From assembly GCA_963700985.1 (NCBI GenBank), contig OY969554.1:768001-832000 (forward strand): a DNA stretch of 64,000 bases, given 5' to 3'. The notes under the pieces were generated by a model. The model saw only the letters and a list, made by a program, of their open reading frames with translations, searched no databases and had not been told where the DNA came from. The position numbers were made by a program, and so were the translations under genes. This stretch comes from an uncultured Chlamydiales bacterium. Lineage in GTDB: Bacteria > Chlamydiota > Chlamydiia > Chlamydiales > Rhabdochlamydiaceae. How positions within the stretch are numbered: the stretch's first letter is position 1; every line of letters starts with the position of its first letter. Below are positions 48,983 to 58,999 of the stretch, in pieces.

Positions 48983-49161
48983 GAACCTATCTAGATATTC
49001 CAATTTTTGATGTTTTTAGAGATTTTTGAGCAGATTTTTAACCCGCGATTAGCAGGCAGGCGTCTTTTTGAGGACAATGTGGAAGCACATGGCCGAAAAA
49101 AGACGTTAGAAAGATGCCAAAAAGATCAAAAACAGGAAAATTCGAATATCCGGATAGGTTC
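48983..49161. mobile_element. Palindromic MITE/RPE-like element (179 bp) between divergent tilS and lptF
   Basis: Ends gaacctatctagatattccaatttt / aaaattcgaatatccggataggttc; apex gacaatgt-ggaagc-acatggccga shared with the 60457 element. Confidence 0.75.
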
Positions 49162-49206
49162 AAATCATCTACAATGCTGAGCAAAAAGTTCAATGGTGAA
49201 CGTGCG

Positions 49207-50310
49207 ATGCCTATCCTATGGCGCTACCTACTTAAAAGTTATTTTCAGGTCTTTGGTCTCTGCGTCAGCAGCTTTATCGCTGTTCTCTTAGTCACACGTT
49301 TTCAAGAGATTGCGCGCTTTGCGACCTCGGGCAGCGGACTTGGGCCCGTGCTGCTTTTTACGCTCTATCAAATCCCTTATGTATTACCTATCTCCATACC
49401 CATCTCCTGCCTCATTGCATCTATGCTTCTCTATCAGAGACTCAGCCATACACATGAGCTGACCGCCTTGCGCAGCACAGGATTTGGTCTCTATCCCTTG
49501 ATCACGCCCTTAATTCTGGCTGGCTCTCTTTTGAGCATCTTAAATTTTTCAGTCGCATCCGAAATCGCCCCTCGCTGCCGAATCCTCTCACGCGAGCTAA
49601 TCTCTCAGGTCACTGCGAAAAACCCGCTCTTTCTCTTGCAAAAAGAAACACTGGTAAGACTCAAAGACACCTACATCGACATGAAAACATTAAAGTCGGG
49701 CAGACGTGCTGAAGATGTGATCTTTGTTTTGAATAACGCCTCTTCCAAACGCCTAGGTTTAATGGTCGCTCAAGAGCTCTTTTTGGAAAATGAGATGCTC
49801 ACGGGAAAGAATGTGACCATTATCTCTTCTGTCGACCCTAAAAGCCCAGAGCGCTTCGATCATTTGGTGATTGAAAACCAGAAAACGATGAGCACCAAGG
49901 CTTCAAATTTAGCCCAATTTGTGCAGAACTATGAATGGTATTCTAACCTCGACTATTATCCTCTGCGAATGATCTTGGCAAAAGAGAAGGTCGATAAGGG
50001 ACAGATCGGCTTCCTACCCGCTCCTCGTGCACGTATGGAAATCGCCCGACGTATTTCTTTGGGATTTGCAGCTTTTACGTTTACGTTTATCGGAGTGGCT
50101 TTTGGAATGGAGATTGGACGCCGTCAATCCAAAAAAGGCCTAATGTGGGCCATCGGACTGGCATCGCTCTTTATGATCTCTTTTATCGCAGCCAAATCTT
50201 TCCGAGACTCCCCTGGCTTGGCCTGCTTAATCTACCTCATCCCTCATCCGCTAATTGTTCTCATCTCGCTGAGGTCTTTAAAAAGAGTTTCTGAGGGCAG
50301 AGAATCATGA
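49207..50310 (+). CDS. lptF: LPS export permease LptF/LptG family (LptF-like)
   Basis: ILWRYLL, P.S.LIAS...Y.RLS...ELTAL.S.G; paired with the downstream paralog; start at ATG 49207. Confidence 0.8.
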   Translation: MPILWRYLLKSYFQVFGLCVSSFIAVLLVTRFQEIARFATSGSGLGPVLLFTLYQIPYVLPISIPISCLIASMLLYQRLSHTHELTALRSTGFGLYPLITPLILAGSLLSILNFSVASEIAPRCRILSRELISQVTAKNPLFLLQKETLVRLKDTYIDMKTLKSGRRAEDVIFVLNNASSKRLGLMVAQELFLENEMLTGKNVTIISSVDPKSPERFDHLVIENQKTMSTKASNLAQFVQNYEWYSNLDYYPLRMILAKEKVDKGQIGFLPAPRARMEIARRISLGFAAFTFTFIGVAFGMEIGRRQSKKGLMWAIGLASLFMISFIAAKSFRDSPGLACLIYLIPHPLIVLISLRSLKRVSEGRES

Positions 50311-51404
50311 AAATCTTCAAAGAATTGATGTTTTCAAAGATCTGGGAGCGCTACTTTCTAAGAGAGATATTCAAGGTGTTTGGCCTCTTTCTCTTCGGAT
50401 TTTTCTTCTTATATGCCGCGATCGACTATTCGCTGCATATGCAAGACTTCCTTAAAGACAAAAGGCTCCAGATCACAGATCTCTTCGTCTATTACGGCTT
50501 CCAATTTATCAAGCGCGCGCCTCTGCTGCTGCCGCTAGCTCTTCTAGTTTCTACAATTAAAGTCCTCACCTCTTTTAATGCGCACCGAGAGCTTGTGGCT
50601 CTGCAAGCGTCGGGATTGCCCTTCAAAAAATTGATGAAACCCTTCTTTTTTGTAGCTGCACTCTGCACCCTTTTTAATGTGGTCTCCTCGGAATTCTTCT
50701 TACCTAGATCCCTCACCTATCTCGATAGGTTCTACGATAAGCACCTCAAGCATACCAAATATACGCAAAAGAGACATCCGATTCACATCTTGACTCTGAA
50801 AGATAGCTCCAAGCTGATCTACCAAACACATGACAAAGAAAAAGAGCTCTTTATCGATGTGATCTGGCTACAATCCGCCAATGAAATCTGGCGCATGCGC
50901 TATCTCTCGGCTAATCCAGAGGCACCTGAAGGAAAGTTTGTCGATCATCTTGTGCGCACACCGGACGGACTCTTAGAAAAGAAAGAGAGCGTAGAGAAGA
51001 AACTCTTTAAAGAGATGAGCTGGGATAGAGATCCTCCACGTAAGGGTTTCATTCCTCTTGAGAATAGAAGCATCAGCCAGCTTTACCAAATGGGCTTTAG
51101 ACAGAAGTGCACGGCCTTTGTAAAAATGGAACTTCTCACCCACCTCTGCTATAAATCTGCCATTCCTTTTCTCTCGCTGCTGGTAGTCGCTGCCGCCTCA
51201 CCTTTCTGCGTACGCTATGCGCGAAGAACGCCGCTTTTCCTTCTCTATGCTGTTGCACTTTTTGGCTATATCTCTTTTTTCACACTCATGGATGCCGCGG
51301 TAATCTTGGGAGAGAATCGAGTGGCTCCCCCACCTATAGCTATTTTTGCACCGCTTCTCCTTTGCGGATTCCCCTTCATCTGGAACTATCATAGGCAACA
51401 ATAA
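50307..51404 (+). CDS. lptG: LPS export permease LptF/LptG family (LptG-like)
   Basis: IWERYFL, LPLALL, ELVAL.ASG; multi-TM architecture. Confidence 0.78.
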   Translation: MKIFKELMFSKIWERYFLREIFKVFGLFLFGFFFLYAAIDYSLHMQDFLKDKRLQITDLFVYYGFQFIKRAPLLLPLALLVSTIKVLTSFNAHRELVALQASGLPFKKLMKPFFFVAALCTLFNVVSSEFFLPRSLTYLDRFYDKHLKHTKYTQKRHPIHILTLKDSSKLIYQTHDKEKELFIDVIWLQSANEIWRMRYLSANPEAPEGKFVDHLVRTPDGLLEKKESVEKKLFKEMSWDRDPPRKGFIPLENRSISQLYQMGFRQKCTAFVKMELLTHLCYKSAIPFLSLLVVAAASPFCVRYARRTPLFLLYAVALFGYISFFTLMDAAVILGENRVAPPPIAIFAPLLLCGFPFIWNYHRQQ

Positions 51405-52168
51405 TGGATGCGATCTCTCCACCTGGCGTTTGGAAGCCCAAACAGTTTCTCTTTTGGCTGATCATCATGGGCCTTATTATCGGCACTTTTGTGCTGCCTG
51501 CCACGAAAGTTTATTGGGAGATGCTCGACCATGCATTTTTTCGTTTTTTTAATGGAAGCTTGCGCGGACATCCGATCTGGCAAGCCTTTTGGGCGCTTGC
51601 TAACCATAAATACGCCGACTGGCTAGAAGATCTCTGTATTTTAGGCTTTTATACCCTTTACATTCGAAAAGTGCATAAACAGCTGCGCCTTCAAAAGGCG
51701 TCCGAGCTTGTTTTCTGTCTCATCTACATCGGTTTGGTCATCTATTTTATTAATCGGATGCTCTTCCGCACCTATTGGCACATCCCTCGAGAAAGCCCGA
51801 CTCTAGTGATTGATGGAAGCGTGCGCTTATCGGAAGAGATCTCTTGGCTGAAAATCAAAGATGACTCTAATAAGAGCTTTCCAGGAGATCACGCCACGAC
51901 GGCCCTTCTGTTTGCGGCCAGCTACTTTTACTTTGCAGGTTGGCGCTTAGGGTTGGTGGCTGCATTTTATGGCGCATTTCTCTGCCTACCTCGCCTCGTT
52001 ACAGGCGCACACTGGCTGTCTGACGTGATTGTAGGCGGCGGCTCGATTACGATTTTGTTCTTAAGCTTAGCCTTCTGCACCCCCTTCATGCGCTTCTGCA
52101 GCGCTAAAGTCGAAAAATTCCTAAGACTTTTCATTCGCAAAGAGAAGCCAGTCCAAGCGCAAAATTAA
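51404..52168 (+). CDS. PAP2-family membrane phosphatase/phosphotransferase (LpxT/YeiU-like)
   Basis: R.SP, SFPGDH and PRL..GAHWLSD motifs. Confidence 0.82.
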   Translation: MDAISPPGVWKPKQFLFWLIIMGLIIGTFVLPATKVYWEMLDHAFFRFFNGSLRGHPIWQAFWALANHKYADWLEDLCILGFYTLYIRKVHKQLRLQKASELVFCLIYIGLVIYFINRMLFRTYWHIPRESPTLVIDGSVRLSEEISWLKIKDDSNKSFPGDHATTALLFAASYFYFAGWRLGLVAAFYGAFLCLPRLVTGAHWLSDVIVGGGSITILFLSLAFCTPFMRFCSAKVEKFLRLFIRKEKPVQAQN

Positions 52169-52213
52169 GAATAACAGGATCCGCGATCCTGCAAATCCTG
52201 TTATTTCTATCCT
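52169..52213. repeat. Short ATCCTG palindromic repeat between convergent genes
   Basis: aataacaggat/atcctgttatt stem with additional ATCCT copies. Confidence 0.55.
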
Positions 52214-52244
52214 CTCCAATAGCTGTGTAGAAATTCTACTCTAA

Positions 52245-52676
52245 TTAGGATTGCTTAGCTTGGGAGGTACGGGCGGCGAGCAAGAAGAGCGCAATCAGCA
52301 AGAAAGCTGCGAGGCTCAGCATGGGTGGGGTGATAAATCCAAAATAAGTGAGCAGCTCTTTCGAACACTCTACTTTTCCTGTGCAGAGCTTGGGAATAAA
52401 CGGCAGATTAAACTTCTGAATCACTAGATGATAAAGCGCCACCAAGCCTCCGCCGATCGCGAGCGGCAGGGCATAAGTCAGCACCGAGCGATCCTGTCTA
52501 TACGTAGCGATGCCAAGAATAATGGCCAGAGGGCAGAAAAAAAGCCTTTGAAACCAGCAGAGAGCACACGGCTCAACATGCAACCGCTCGCTCCAATAAA
52601 AGCTCCCCAAAACTGCCATTAAAGCGATTAGCCAAGCGAAATAGAGCCCGTAATTGAAGAGAAGCTTGCGTAGCAT
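52245..52676 (-). CDS. dsbB: Disulfide bond formation protein B (BdbC/DsbB type)
   Basis: PCALCWFQR, second Cys pair CTGKVEC, four TM segments. Confidence 0.92.
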   Translation of the reverse strand: MLRKLLFNYGLYFAWLIALMAVLGSFYWSERLHVEPCALCWFQRLFFCPLAIILGIATYRQDRSVLTYALPLAIGGGLVALYHLVIQKFNLPFIPKLCTGKVECSKELLTYFGFITPPMLSLAAFLLIALFLLAARTSQAKQS

Positions 52677-53314
52677 TAGTTGTTTACCTTAAGGGCTTTT
52701 TCAATAGTCGTATTGAGTGAGCCCAATGAGTAGCTTTTGGTTTTAACGCCATTAATAAAGACGGTCGGTGTAGCAAAGTCATCATGCATGAGCGTCCAAC
52801 CTAAATTCTCATGCTTATCGATAAGCGCCTTTAGATGCCCATCTGCTAGAGCCTCTTTCAAGCGAGTTACATCGATACCTGAAAACTTCTCGATGAGCAG
52901 CTGCACCTGCAGCTCTTCAGAATCTGCTACAGGTAAATCAGCATATAACTCATTTAAGAAAGGAAAGAAGCGTTCGGGTTGCTGTTCAAAAACTGCATAG
53001 CTAGCAAGCGCGAATGGCTCGGAGTTTTCCAGAAATGAGAGCATCACCACAGTACATTGAACTTTGCCCGTGTCGATGAACCGTTCTTTTAATAAGGGAA
53101 GGGTTTGCAGGTGGAAGTTTCTGCACGAGGTGCATTGAGGCTCTTCGAAGATGATCATCTGCACGGGCGCAAGTCTGCTTCCTAATGTCGGGTAGCCAGT
53201 TACATCGACATGCCCCACAAGCATCGGAGGCTTTTCAGGAAAAAGGATCCCACCAGCTAGTGCTGTCAAGAATAGAACCAGGGTAGAAAGGACTACGAGT
53301 TTTGGTCGGCGCAT
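52676..53314 (-). CDS. dsbA: DsbA/BdbD-type thiol-disulfide oxidoreductase
   Basis: PTLG...APV, FEEPQCTSC, ATPTVFING; coupled to dsbB. Confidence 0.85.
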   Translation of the reverse strand: MRRPKLVVLSTLVLFLTALAGGILFPEKPPMLVGHVDVTGYPTLGSRLAPVQMIIFEEPQCTSCRNFHLQTLPLLKERFIDTGKVQCTVVMLSFLENSEPFALASYAVFEQQPERFFPFLNELYADLPVADSEELQVQLLIEKFSGIDVTRLKEALADGHLKALIDKHENLGWTLMHDDFATPTVFINGVKTKSYSLGSLNTTIEKALKVNN

Positions 53315-53387
53315 ATCCTAATCATAACATGCGTCGAAAAAAAATGAAACCAATGATAAGCTGACACAACAACAGGGAAAATTTTCT

Positions 53388-54899
53388 ATGAGCGATTATG
53401 ACAAACTACATGAGCTTTCAAAAAATGCGGCTCTATTGACCACCATCTGTCAGCTATTGGAATGGGATCAAGAGACCTACATGCCTCCCGATGCCATCGG
53501 CATTCGCGCACTTCAAAATGAACTTCTGGCAAGCCTTACCCACAAACAGAAGACAAGCCCCGCCTTTACTAAGGCTTTGGGTAAATTAATCGATCTGTCC
53601 ACAGGCACCGTGATCGATAGCTCGCTTACACCCCCACAGATTGCAGCCCTGCGAGAATGGAGACGCAGCTATTTAACCGACAAAAAACTTCCCGCCGCTT
53701 TTGTGAAGAGCTTTGCCAAAACCACTTCCCATGCAACTCACGCCTGGGCAAAAGCCAAAGAACATAACAACTTTCGCGAATTTGCTCCCTTCCTTGAAAA
53801 GATCGTTAAACTATGCAGAAAAAAAGCCGACCTTCTAGGCTATCGAGATCACCCTTACGATGCTCTGCTAGACCTTTACGAACCAGAAATGACCGTAGCT
53901 TCTCTTACGCCTCTTTTTGAAAGATTAAAAATCTCTCTGACCCAATTACTAAAAACAATCACCACCCGTCCCGTGCCGGATCAGAGCTTCCTGCATGGAA
54001 ATTTTCCCAAAGAAAAACAGCTGCATTTTGGACAATTGTTGCTAAAAGCGATGGGCTTTGATCCTCGCTGCAGCCGCCTAGATCAAACTGTCCATCCGTT
54101 CTGCCTCATGCTGCATCCAAAAGACACCCGCATGACCACGCATTTGCACCCAGATTATGTGATGTCCAACATCTATTCGGTGATTCATGAAGGTGGACAT
54201 GGCCTTTACAATATAGGCTTCAAAGAGGAAAACTTCGGTTCACCCCTAGCAGAAAGCATCTCTTTGGGCTTTGATGAGAGTCAATCACGCTGGTGGGAGA
54301 CGTTAATCGGACGCAGCCTCCCCTTTTGGAAATACTTTTTTCCCATTTTGCAGCAGCAATTCCCAGAACAGCTTGGGGCGATCTACCTCGATGATTTTTA
54401 CCGCGCCATCAACATCGCTAAAGCCTCGCTGATTCGCACAGAGGCCGATGAAGTGACCTACTCACTGCATGTGATCGTGCGTTTTGAGATTGAGAAAGCC
54501 TTAATCGAAGGCTCTTTACGCGTAAAAGATCTTCCAGATGCTTGGAGTGCCAAAATGCGTGAATATTTAGGTGTGGCTCCAACTAACCATGGCGAAGGCT
54601 GCCTGCAGGATATCCACTGGTCTATGGGAGGGTTTGGCTATTTCCCCACTTATACTTTAGGCAATCTCTATGCCGCTCAACTTTTTCAGGCTTTTGAAAA
54701 AGGCCAACTCGACTGGAAAGAGAAAGTTGCCAAAGGCCAACTCGACTTTATACGCGAGTGGCTGCGTGACAACATCCATCAGTATGGAAAACAGTACACC
54801 GCCAATGAGACTCTTATACGTATTACCGGGCAGCCCCTATCCGAAAAGCCTTTTGTGGACTATTTAGAGCATAAATACAAACACCTCTACCATCTGTGA
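53388..54899 (+). CDS. Carboxypeptidase M32 (Taq) family
   Basis: WDQET.MP, HPF, HEGGH, IRTEADE, GCLQDIHW, GYFPTY.LG. Confidence 0.95.
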   Translation: MSDYDKLHELSKNAALLTTICQLLEWDQETYMPPDAIGIRALQNELLASLTHKQKTSPAFTKALGKLIDLSTGTVIDSSLTPPQIAALREWRRSYLTDKKLPAAFVKSFAKTTSHATHAWAKAKEHNNFREFAPFLEKIVKLCRKKADLLGYRDHPYDALLDLYEPEMTVASLTPLFERLKISLTQLLKTITTRPVPDQSFLHGNFPKEKQLHFGQLLLKAMGFDPRCSRLDQTVHPFCLMLHPKDTRMTTHLHPDYVMSNIYSVIHEGGHGLYNIGFKEENFGSPLAESISLGFDESQSRWWETLIGRSLPFWKYFFPILQQQFPEQLGAIYLDDFYRAINIAKASLIRTEADEVTYSLHVIVRFEIEKALIEGSLRVKDLPDAWSAKMREYLGVAPTNHGEGCLQDIHWSMGGFGYFPTYTLGNLYAAQLFQAFEKGQLDWKEKVAKGQLDFIREWLRDNIHQYGKQYTANETLIRITGQPLSEKPFVDYLEHKYKHLYHL

Positions 54900-55771
54900 A
54901 AAGATTAAAAACTAGACTCCTATTTCTTCTGCTTATTCCCCTCACAGTGCTGTTTGTGCTTATCTTAAACTATCTCTGGAATCTTAAAAGCCTGGCTTTT
55001 GCTCCAGAAAACTTGCTGAGAATCTTCCCTCAAGGCCTAGCTAATCGACGCAACATCTCTAACGAAGAGCTCGAGCAGATTTTTAATCAGCGCTTTATCT
55101 TTTTGGATGAAGGGGCCCAGTGTTTTGCTTGCGCAAGCGAAGATGGTCGCTATGTTATCAAGCTTTTCAAAGCAAAACACATGCGCAAAAAAGAATGGCT
55201 CCGAGATGGTCCACTTTTCCGTTCTTTTGTGCCCGCCGCCCAAAGAGAACAACATAAACGTAGATGGTTACAGAAATTTCAAGAAACTTGCGCTTGCTAT
55301 TTCTTAGCTTACGATGAGCTTGCAGATGAAACCGGCCTTTTGCATTTGCACTTTCAAACAGAAAGTTTGCAGGCAAAGCTTAAAGTTCAGAACTTTGAAA
55401 TCGAACTAGATGGCCTCCCCTTTCTTATCCAAAAAAAGGGAGAGCTCGTGCCGAAAAAAATTGCCTCGCTGATTGAAAATAGCGGCTCTCCTGCTGCCAT
55501 CACAGCACTTATCGACCTGCATGATCTGCTAGTAAAACGCGCCAAGAAAGGCATTACTGACCCACGCCAGTGCTTCAGCATTAACTACGCCTTTTGTGGC
55601 AGTGCTCCCCTACAAATCGATGTGGGCAGAATTGTTAAAGAAGCTGCCATTGCTTCCGCACCACAAGATGAGATCGACCGAGTAACCGCTAACCTTAAAG
55701 CCTGGGTTGGCCGTCACTTCCCCGAACTTAGCTCCGACTTCGAAGCCTCCCTTCTCGCCCACCCAAAATAA
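54896..55771 (+). CDS. Membrane-anchored hypothetical protein with protein-kinase-like motifs
   Basis: N-terminal TM; FLDEGAQCFA..SEDGRYVIKLF; GITD.....NY; IDVGR. Confidence 0.55.
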   Translation: MKRLKTRLLFLLLIPLTVLFVLILNYLWNLKSLAFAPENLLRIFPQGLANRRNISNEELEQIFNQRFIFLDEGAQCFACASEDGRYVIKLFKAKHMRKKEWLRDGPLFRSFVPAAQREQHKRRWLQKFQETCACYFLAYDELADETGLLHLHFQTESLQAKLKVQNFEIELDGLPFLIQKKGELVPKKIASLIENSGSPAAITALIDLHDLLVKRAKKGITDPRQCFSINYAFCGSAPLQIDVGRIVKEAAIASAPQDEIDRVTANLKAWVGRHFPELSSDFEASLLAHPK

Positions 55772-56072
55772 AAACAGTGTTCCCTATATCTTGATAGATA
55801 ACGTTGCGCAGCCCTGGTTTGAACAGCTGACTTTGCAGAAAAAAACGAACTCTTTTAGTAAATCATTCATATCCTGTTTTCTTTAGAATTTTAGAGCTGT
55901 TTAGTGAGGCGTTTTAAGACCTCTTCATCGCTTAGCCACTCTTAGGCTTGAAGCAGATGATTAAATAGTGCCCAATAAAATGGGCGCATGATAAAGTGCT
56001 CACTTATTATAGAGCTCTATTTTTATCGAGTAGGACGTACGACTATACGGTTGTTAATAGGAGGAATGAAAA

Positions 56073-56402
56073 ATGGCCAAAAACAAGACATCAAAAAGGC
56101 AAAAATTCTGCTTGGAAGACATGCCCATTTTGAAGAATAAAAAGCAGGCTCTTTCATTCGACCACAAACCAAGAGACTTCTTCAAATCTCATCAGAAAGT
56201 AGCTTTAGCTCTTTTAACAAGTTTGGAGGAGAATGATGCTGGTGCTTTCCTGGAAATTTTGGATGTCTATTTGAGAGTCAATCGCACAAAAGTTGCAAAA
56301 GAAACCAAGCTTTCTAGAACAACAGTTCAAAACGCCTTATCTAAAAAAGGAAATCCCACGATCCGCACTATAGCAAAAATCGTGCACCAGTCTGTTGCCT
56401 AA
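56073..56402 (+). CDS. Putative addiction-module antidote (HI1420-like HTH)
   Basis: L...LEE.D...FL..L....R...TKVAKETKLSR......LSK.GNPT..TI.KI; AGGAGG RBS. Confidence 0.75.
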   Translation: MAKNKTSKRQKFCLEDMPILKNKKQALSFDHKPRDFFKSHQKVALALLTSLEENDAGAFLEILDVYLRVNRTKVAKETKLSRTTVQNALSKKGNPTIRTIAKIVHQSVA

Positions 56403-56489
56403 AGAGTTAGTGTTTTACATCTTTCTTGTGCCGTCCGTTTAGCCTATTTCGCACTCCTACGTTCTCTCCCCATGGCATTTCCACACAAA

Positions 56490-56573
56490 AGAAAAGACCT
56501 CTTGCGTAATTCCAAGCGAATTACGCAAGAGGTCTTAAAAAAAAGAGCCTTGTGGGAAAACCCACAAGACTCT
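56490..56573. terminator. Tandem hairpins/terminators between the antitoxin gene and rpsI
   Basis: aagacctcttgcgtaatt/aattacgcaagaggtctt and agagccttgtggg/cccacaagactct. Confidence 0.7.
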
Positions 56574-56602
56574 CAAACAACAAGGAGGAAAATTTAAAAC
56601 GA

Positions 56603-57001
56603 TTAACGTTTAGAGTACTGACCGCGTTTACGTGCGCCGGCAAGACCTGGTTTCTGACGCTCTCTCTTACGCGGATCGCGTGTGAGGAAGCCGACAGTTT
56701 TTAAGTCGTGTCTGCGTGTTTCGTCTTCTTGAACGAGTGCGCGAGAGATGCCGAGGCGTGTCGCAACTGCTTGTCCGCCAATTCCACCACCTTTAACACG
56801 AATGATGATGTCGTAGTTATCGCGTACGGAGAATTTCTCAAGTGGAGAGACGATCAATTTGCGGTGTAGTTCTTCTAAGAAATACTCTTCGAACTTACGG
56901 CCGTTGACGTCAATTTTGCCAGTCCCTGGGCGCAATCTTACAGATGATACTGCTGTCTTTCTGCGTCCGGTACCAAGATTTTCTTTGGTCATACTTTGCA
57001 T
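56603..57001 (-). CDS. rpsI: 30S ribosomal protein S9
   Basis: GTGRRKTAV, GGG..GQA.A, LTRDPR, ARK..QYSKR. Confidence 0.97.
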   Translation of the reverse strand: MQSMTKENLGTGRRKTAVSSVRLRPGTGKIDVNGRKFEEYFLEELHRKLIVSPLEKFSVRDNYDIIIRVKGGGIGGQAVATRLGISRALVQEDETRRHDLKTVGFLTRDPRKRERQKPGLAGARKRGQYSKR

Positions 57002-57013
57002 TACTCTTAAGCG

Positions 57014-57469
57014 TTAGATGTTCACTGAAATAGGTTGTTGAGCTTCCATACCATGTTGGTCACCAGCAAAGATACGCAATTTTTTGATCTGCGCTTCTGA
57101 GAGGCGGGTTTTGGGCAGCATTCCTTTAATAGCACGTCTGAGGATGAAAGTAGGTTTCTTCGCTTTCATTTCGCGATAAGGAACCTCGCGCATCCCGCTC
57201 ATCGCACCAGTGTGGTAACGATAGATCTTTTGAGCTTCTTTAGCACCTGTAACTTCGATCTTTTCTGCATTGATGATAATTACACCATCTCCGCAATCCA
57301 CGTTAGGTGTGAAGTCTGGTTTGTGCTTTCCCCTTAGAATCTTTGCGATTTCTGACGCAAATCTGCCCAGAGTTTTCCCTGAGGCGTCTACGAGGATCCA
57401 TTTACGAGCAGCTAATGCTTCTTCTTTTGTCAGAAGGGCTGTGCTCTCTTTGTTCTTCTTAGTATGCAT
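57014..57469 (-). CDS. rplM: 50S ribosomal protein L13
   Basis: W..VDA..KTLGR.AS, GKHKP.FTP.VD.GD, KGMLP, H..EAQQP. Confidence 0.97.
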   Translation of the reverse strand: MHTKKNKESTALLTKEEALAARKWILVDASGKTLGRFASEIAKILRGKHKPDFTPNVDCGDGVIIINAEKIEVTGAKEAQKIYRYHTGAMSGMREVPYREMKAKKPTFILRRAIKGMLPKTRLSEAQIKKLRIFAGDQHGMEAQQPISVNI

Positions 57470-57612
57470 TGTCTGCCTACGAAATTTTTAAGAAAGCACG
57501 ATAATACTTCTCTTCTCAATTTTTTCAAAGTCTTTTGTCGGGCTTTCTTAGATTCTTGCTAAAAGCTTCAGGAATTAGTAAACTCCTTCTACATTACCCT
57601 AAAAATTATTTT

Positions 57613-58974
57613 ATGCGTGAACTAAAAACATTCTTCCTTCGTACCTACGGCTGCCAGATGAACGAGCTAGACTCGGAAATTATGGTAGGTCAGCTCGAAA
57701 AAAGAGGCCTTAAACGTATCGAGGAAGAGGATAATGCGGATCTTCTAATTTTCAATACCTGTTCTATCCGTGACCTGGCCGAACGTAAGGTTATGGGCAA
57801 ACTAGGCCAGCTTGGAAGAGCTCGTTCAAGAAAATCTATTATTGGGGTCACCGGCTGTATGGCCATGGCCAAAAAAGAGTCGCTTTTCCGTAAACTCCCC
57901 CACGTAGATTTCGTTATCGGCACCAACAATATCGGGGATTTAAACTGCGTGCTCGATGAGGTGCTTGAGACTGGCCGCCAGACCATCCGTACCCAAGATG
58001 AATTCGAAGAAAATTTAGATTACCTAGTTGCAAAGCGCGACGATCCTTATAGAGCATATGTCTCAATTATCCGTGGCTGCGACAAGTTCTGCACCTACTG
58101 CGTCGTCCCCTATACCCGTGGTCAAGAGGTCTCCCGCCCGCCTGAGAGCATCGAAGAGGAGTGCCGCAAGCTGGTTGATGCCGGATATAAAGAAGTTACG
58201 CTGCTGGGCCAGAACGTCAATAGCTATGGCAAAGATAAACCTGAATGGAACTGCCTTTTCCACGACCTGCTCTATCGCTTAGATAAGATTAAAGGCCTAG
58301 AACGCATCCGCTTCATGACTAGCCACCCCGTTGACATCACGGTGCAGCTCATGGAAGCGATTCGCGATCTCCCCTCCCTTTGCGAATTTGTACACTTCCC
58401 GCTGCAAGCTGGCTCTAGCCGCATCTTAAAAAAAATGCACCGCATCTACACTGTGGAACAATATTTAGAAAAAGTAGCCCTCTTGCGTCAGATTGTCCCG
58501 AATGTGGCATTAGGCACGGATATCATCGTAGGCTTTCCTACTGAGACTGAAGAAGAGTTCCAAATGACCTACGACCTCCTCAAACAGATCCGCTATTCTG
58601 TAGCATTTGTCTTTGCTTATAGCGCACGCAAGGGCACACCCGCTTTCCGTTGGAAAGATGATATCCCCGAAGAAGTTAAACAAGAGCGCTTGCAGCGCTT
58701 GCTTACGCTTCATCAAGAGATTGGCGCTGAAGAAAGGCAAGAGATGCTGGGCCAAGAATTGGAAGTGCTGGTAGATGGACGCAAAGATGAGACACTACTT
58801 AAAGGACGTACACGCTGCTGGAGAACGGTGATTTTCCCTGGAGACGCATCGCTGATGGGCACACTCCAACCTATCAAAATTCACAGCTACAACAACCAGA
58901 CTTTCTTAGGTGAACTAGCCCGTGCACCTACCGAGCTGAATCTGGCAAAGCCTAAAGCTCTCGCAATTCTTTAA
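57613..58974 (+). CDS. miaB: tRNA-i(6)A37 methylthiotransferase
   Basis: TYGCQMN..DSE, NTCSIR, GCDKFCTYCVVPYTRG, TRAM tail; start at ATG 57613. Confidence 0.96.
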   Translation: MRELKTFFLRTYGCQMNELDSEIMVGQLEKRGLKRIEEEDNADLLIFNTCSIRDLAERKVMGKLGQLGRARSRKSIIGVTGCMAMAKKESLFRKLPHVDFVIGTNNIGDLNCVLDEVLETGRQTIRTQDEFEENLDYLVAKRDDPYRAYVSIIRGCDKFCTYCVVPYTRGQEVSRPPESIEEECRKLVDAGYKEVTLLGQNVNSYGKDKPEWNCLFHDLLYRLDKIKGLERIRFMTSHPVDITVQLMEAIRDLPSLCEFVHFPLQAGSSRILKKMHRIYTVEQYLEKVALLRQIVPNVALGTDIIVGFPTETEEEFQMTYDLLKQIRYSVAFVFAYSARKGTPAFRWKDDIPEEVKQERLQRLLTLHQEIGAEERQEMLGQELEVLVDGRKDETLLKGRTRCWRTVIFPGDASLMGTLQPIKIHSYNNQTFLGELARAPTELNLAKPKALAIL

Positions 58975-58999
58975 TTTACTTAGAAAGAAATTTAAGAGT

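Noticed and set aside
48964-49207. N-terminal extensions of tilS and lptF in the ORF track (similarly rpsP, miaB and the LRR genes)
   Set aside because: The upstream starts fall in the palindromic element or in intergenic DNA; downstream ATGs fit the family N-termini better.
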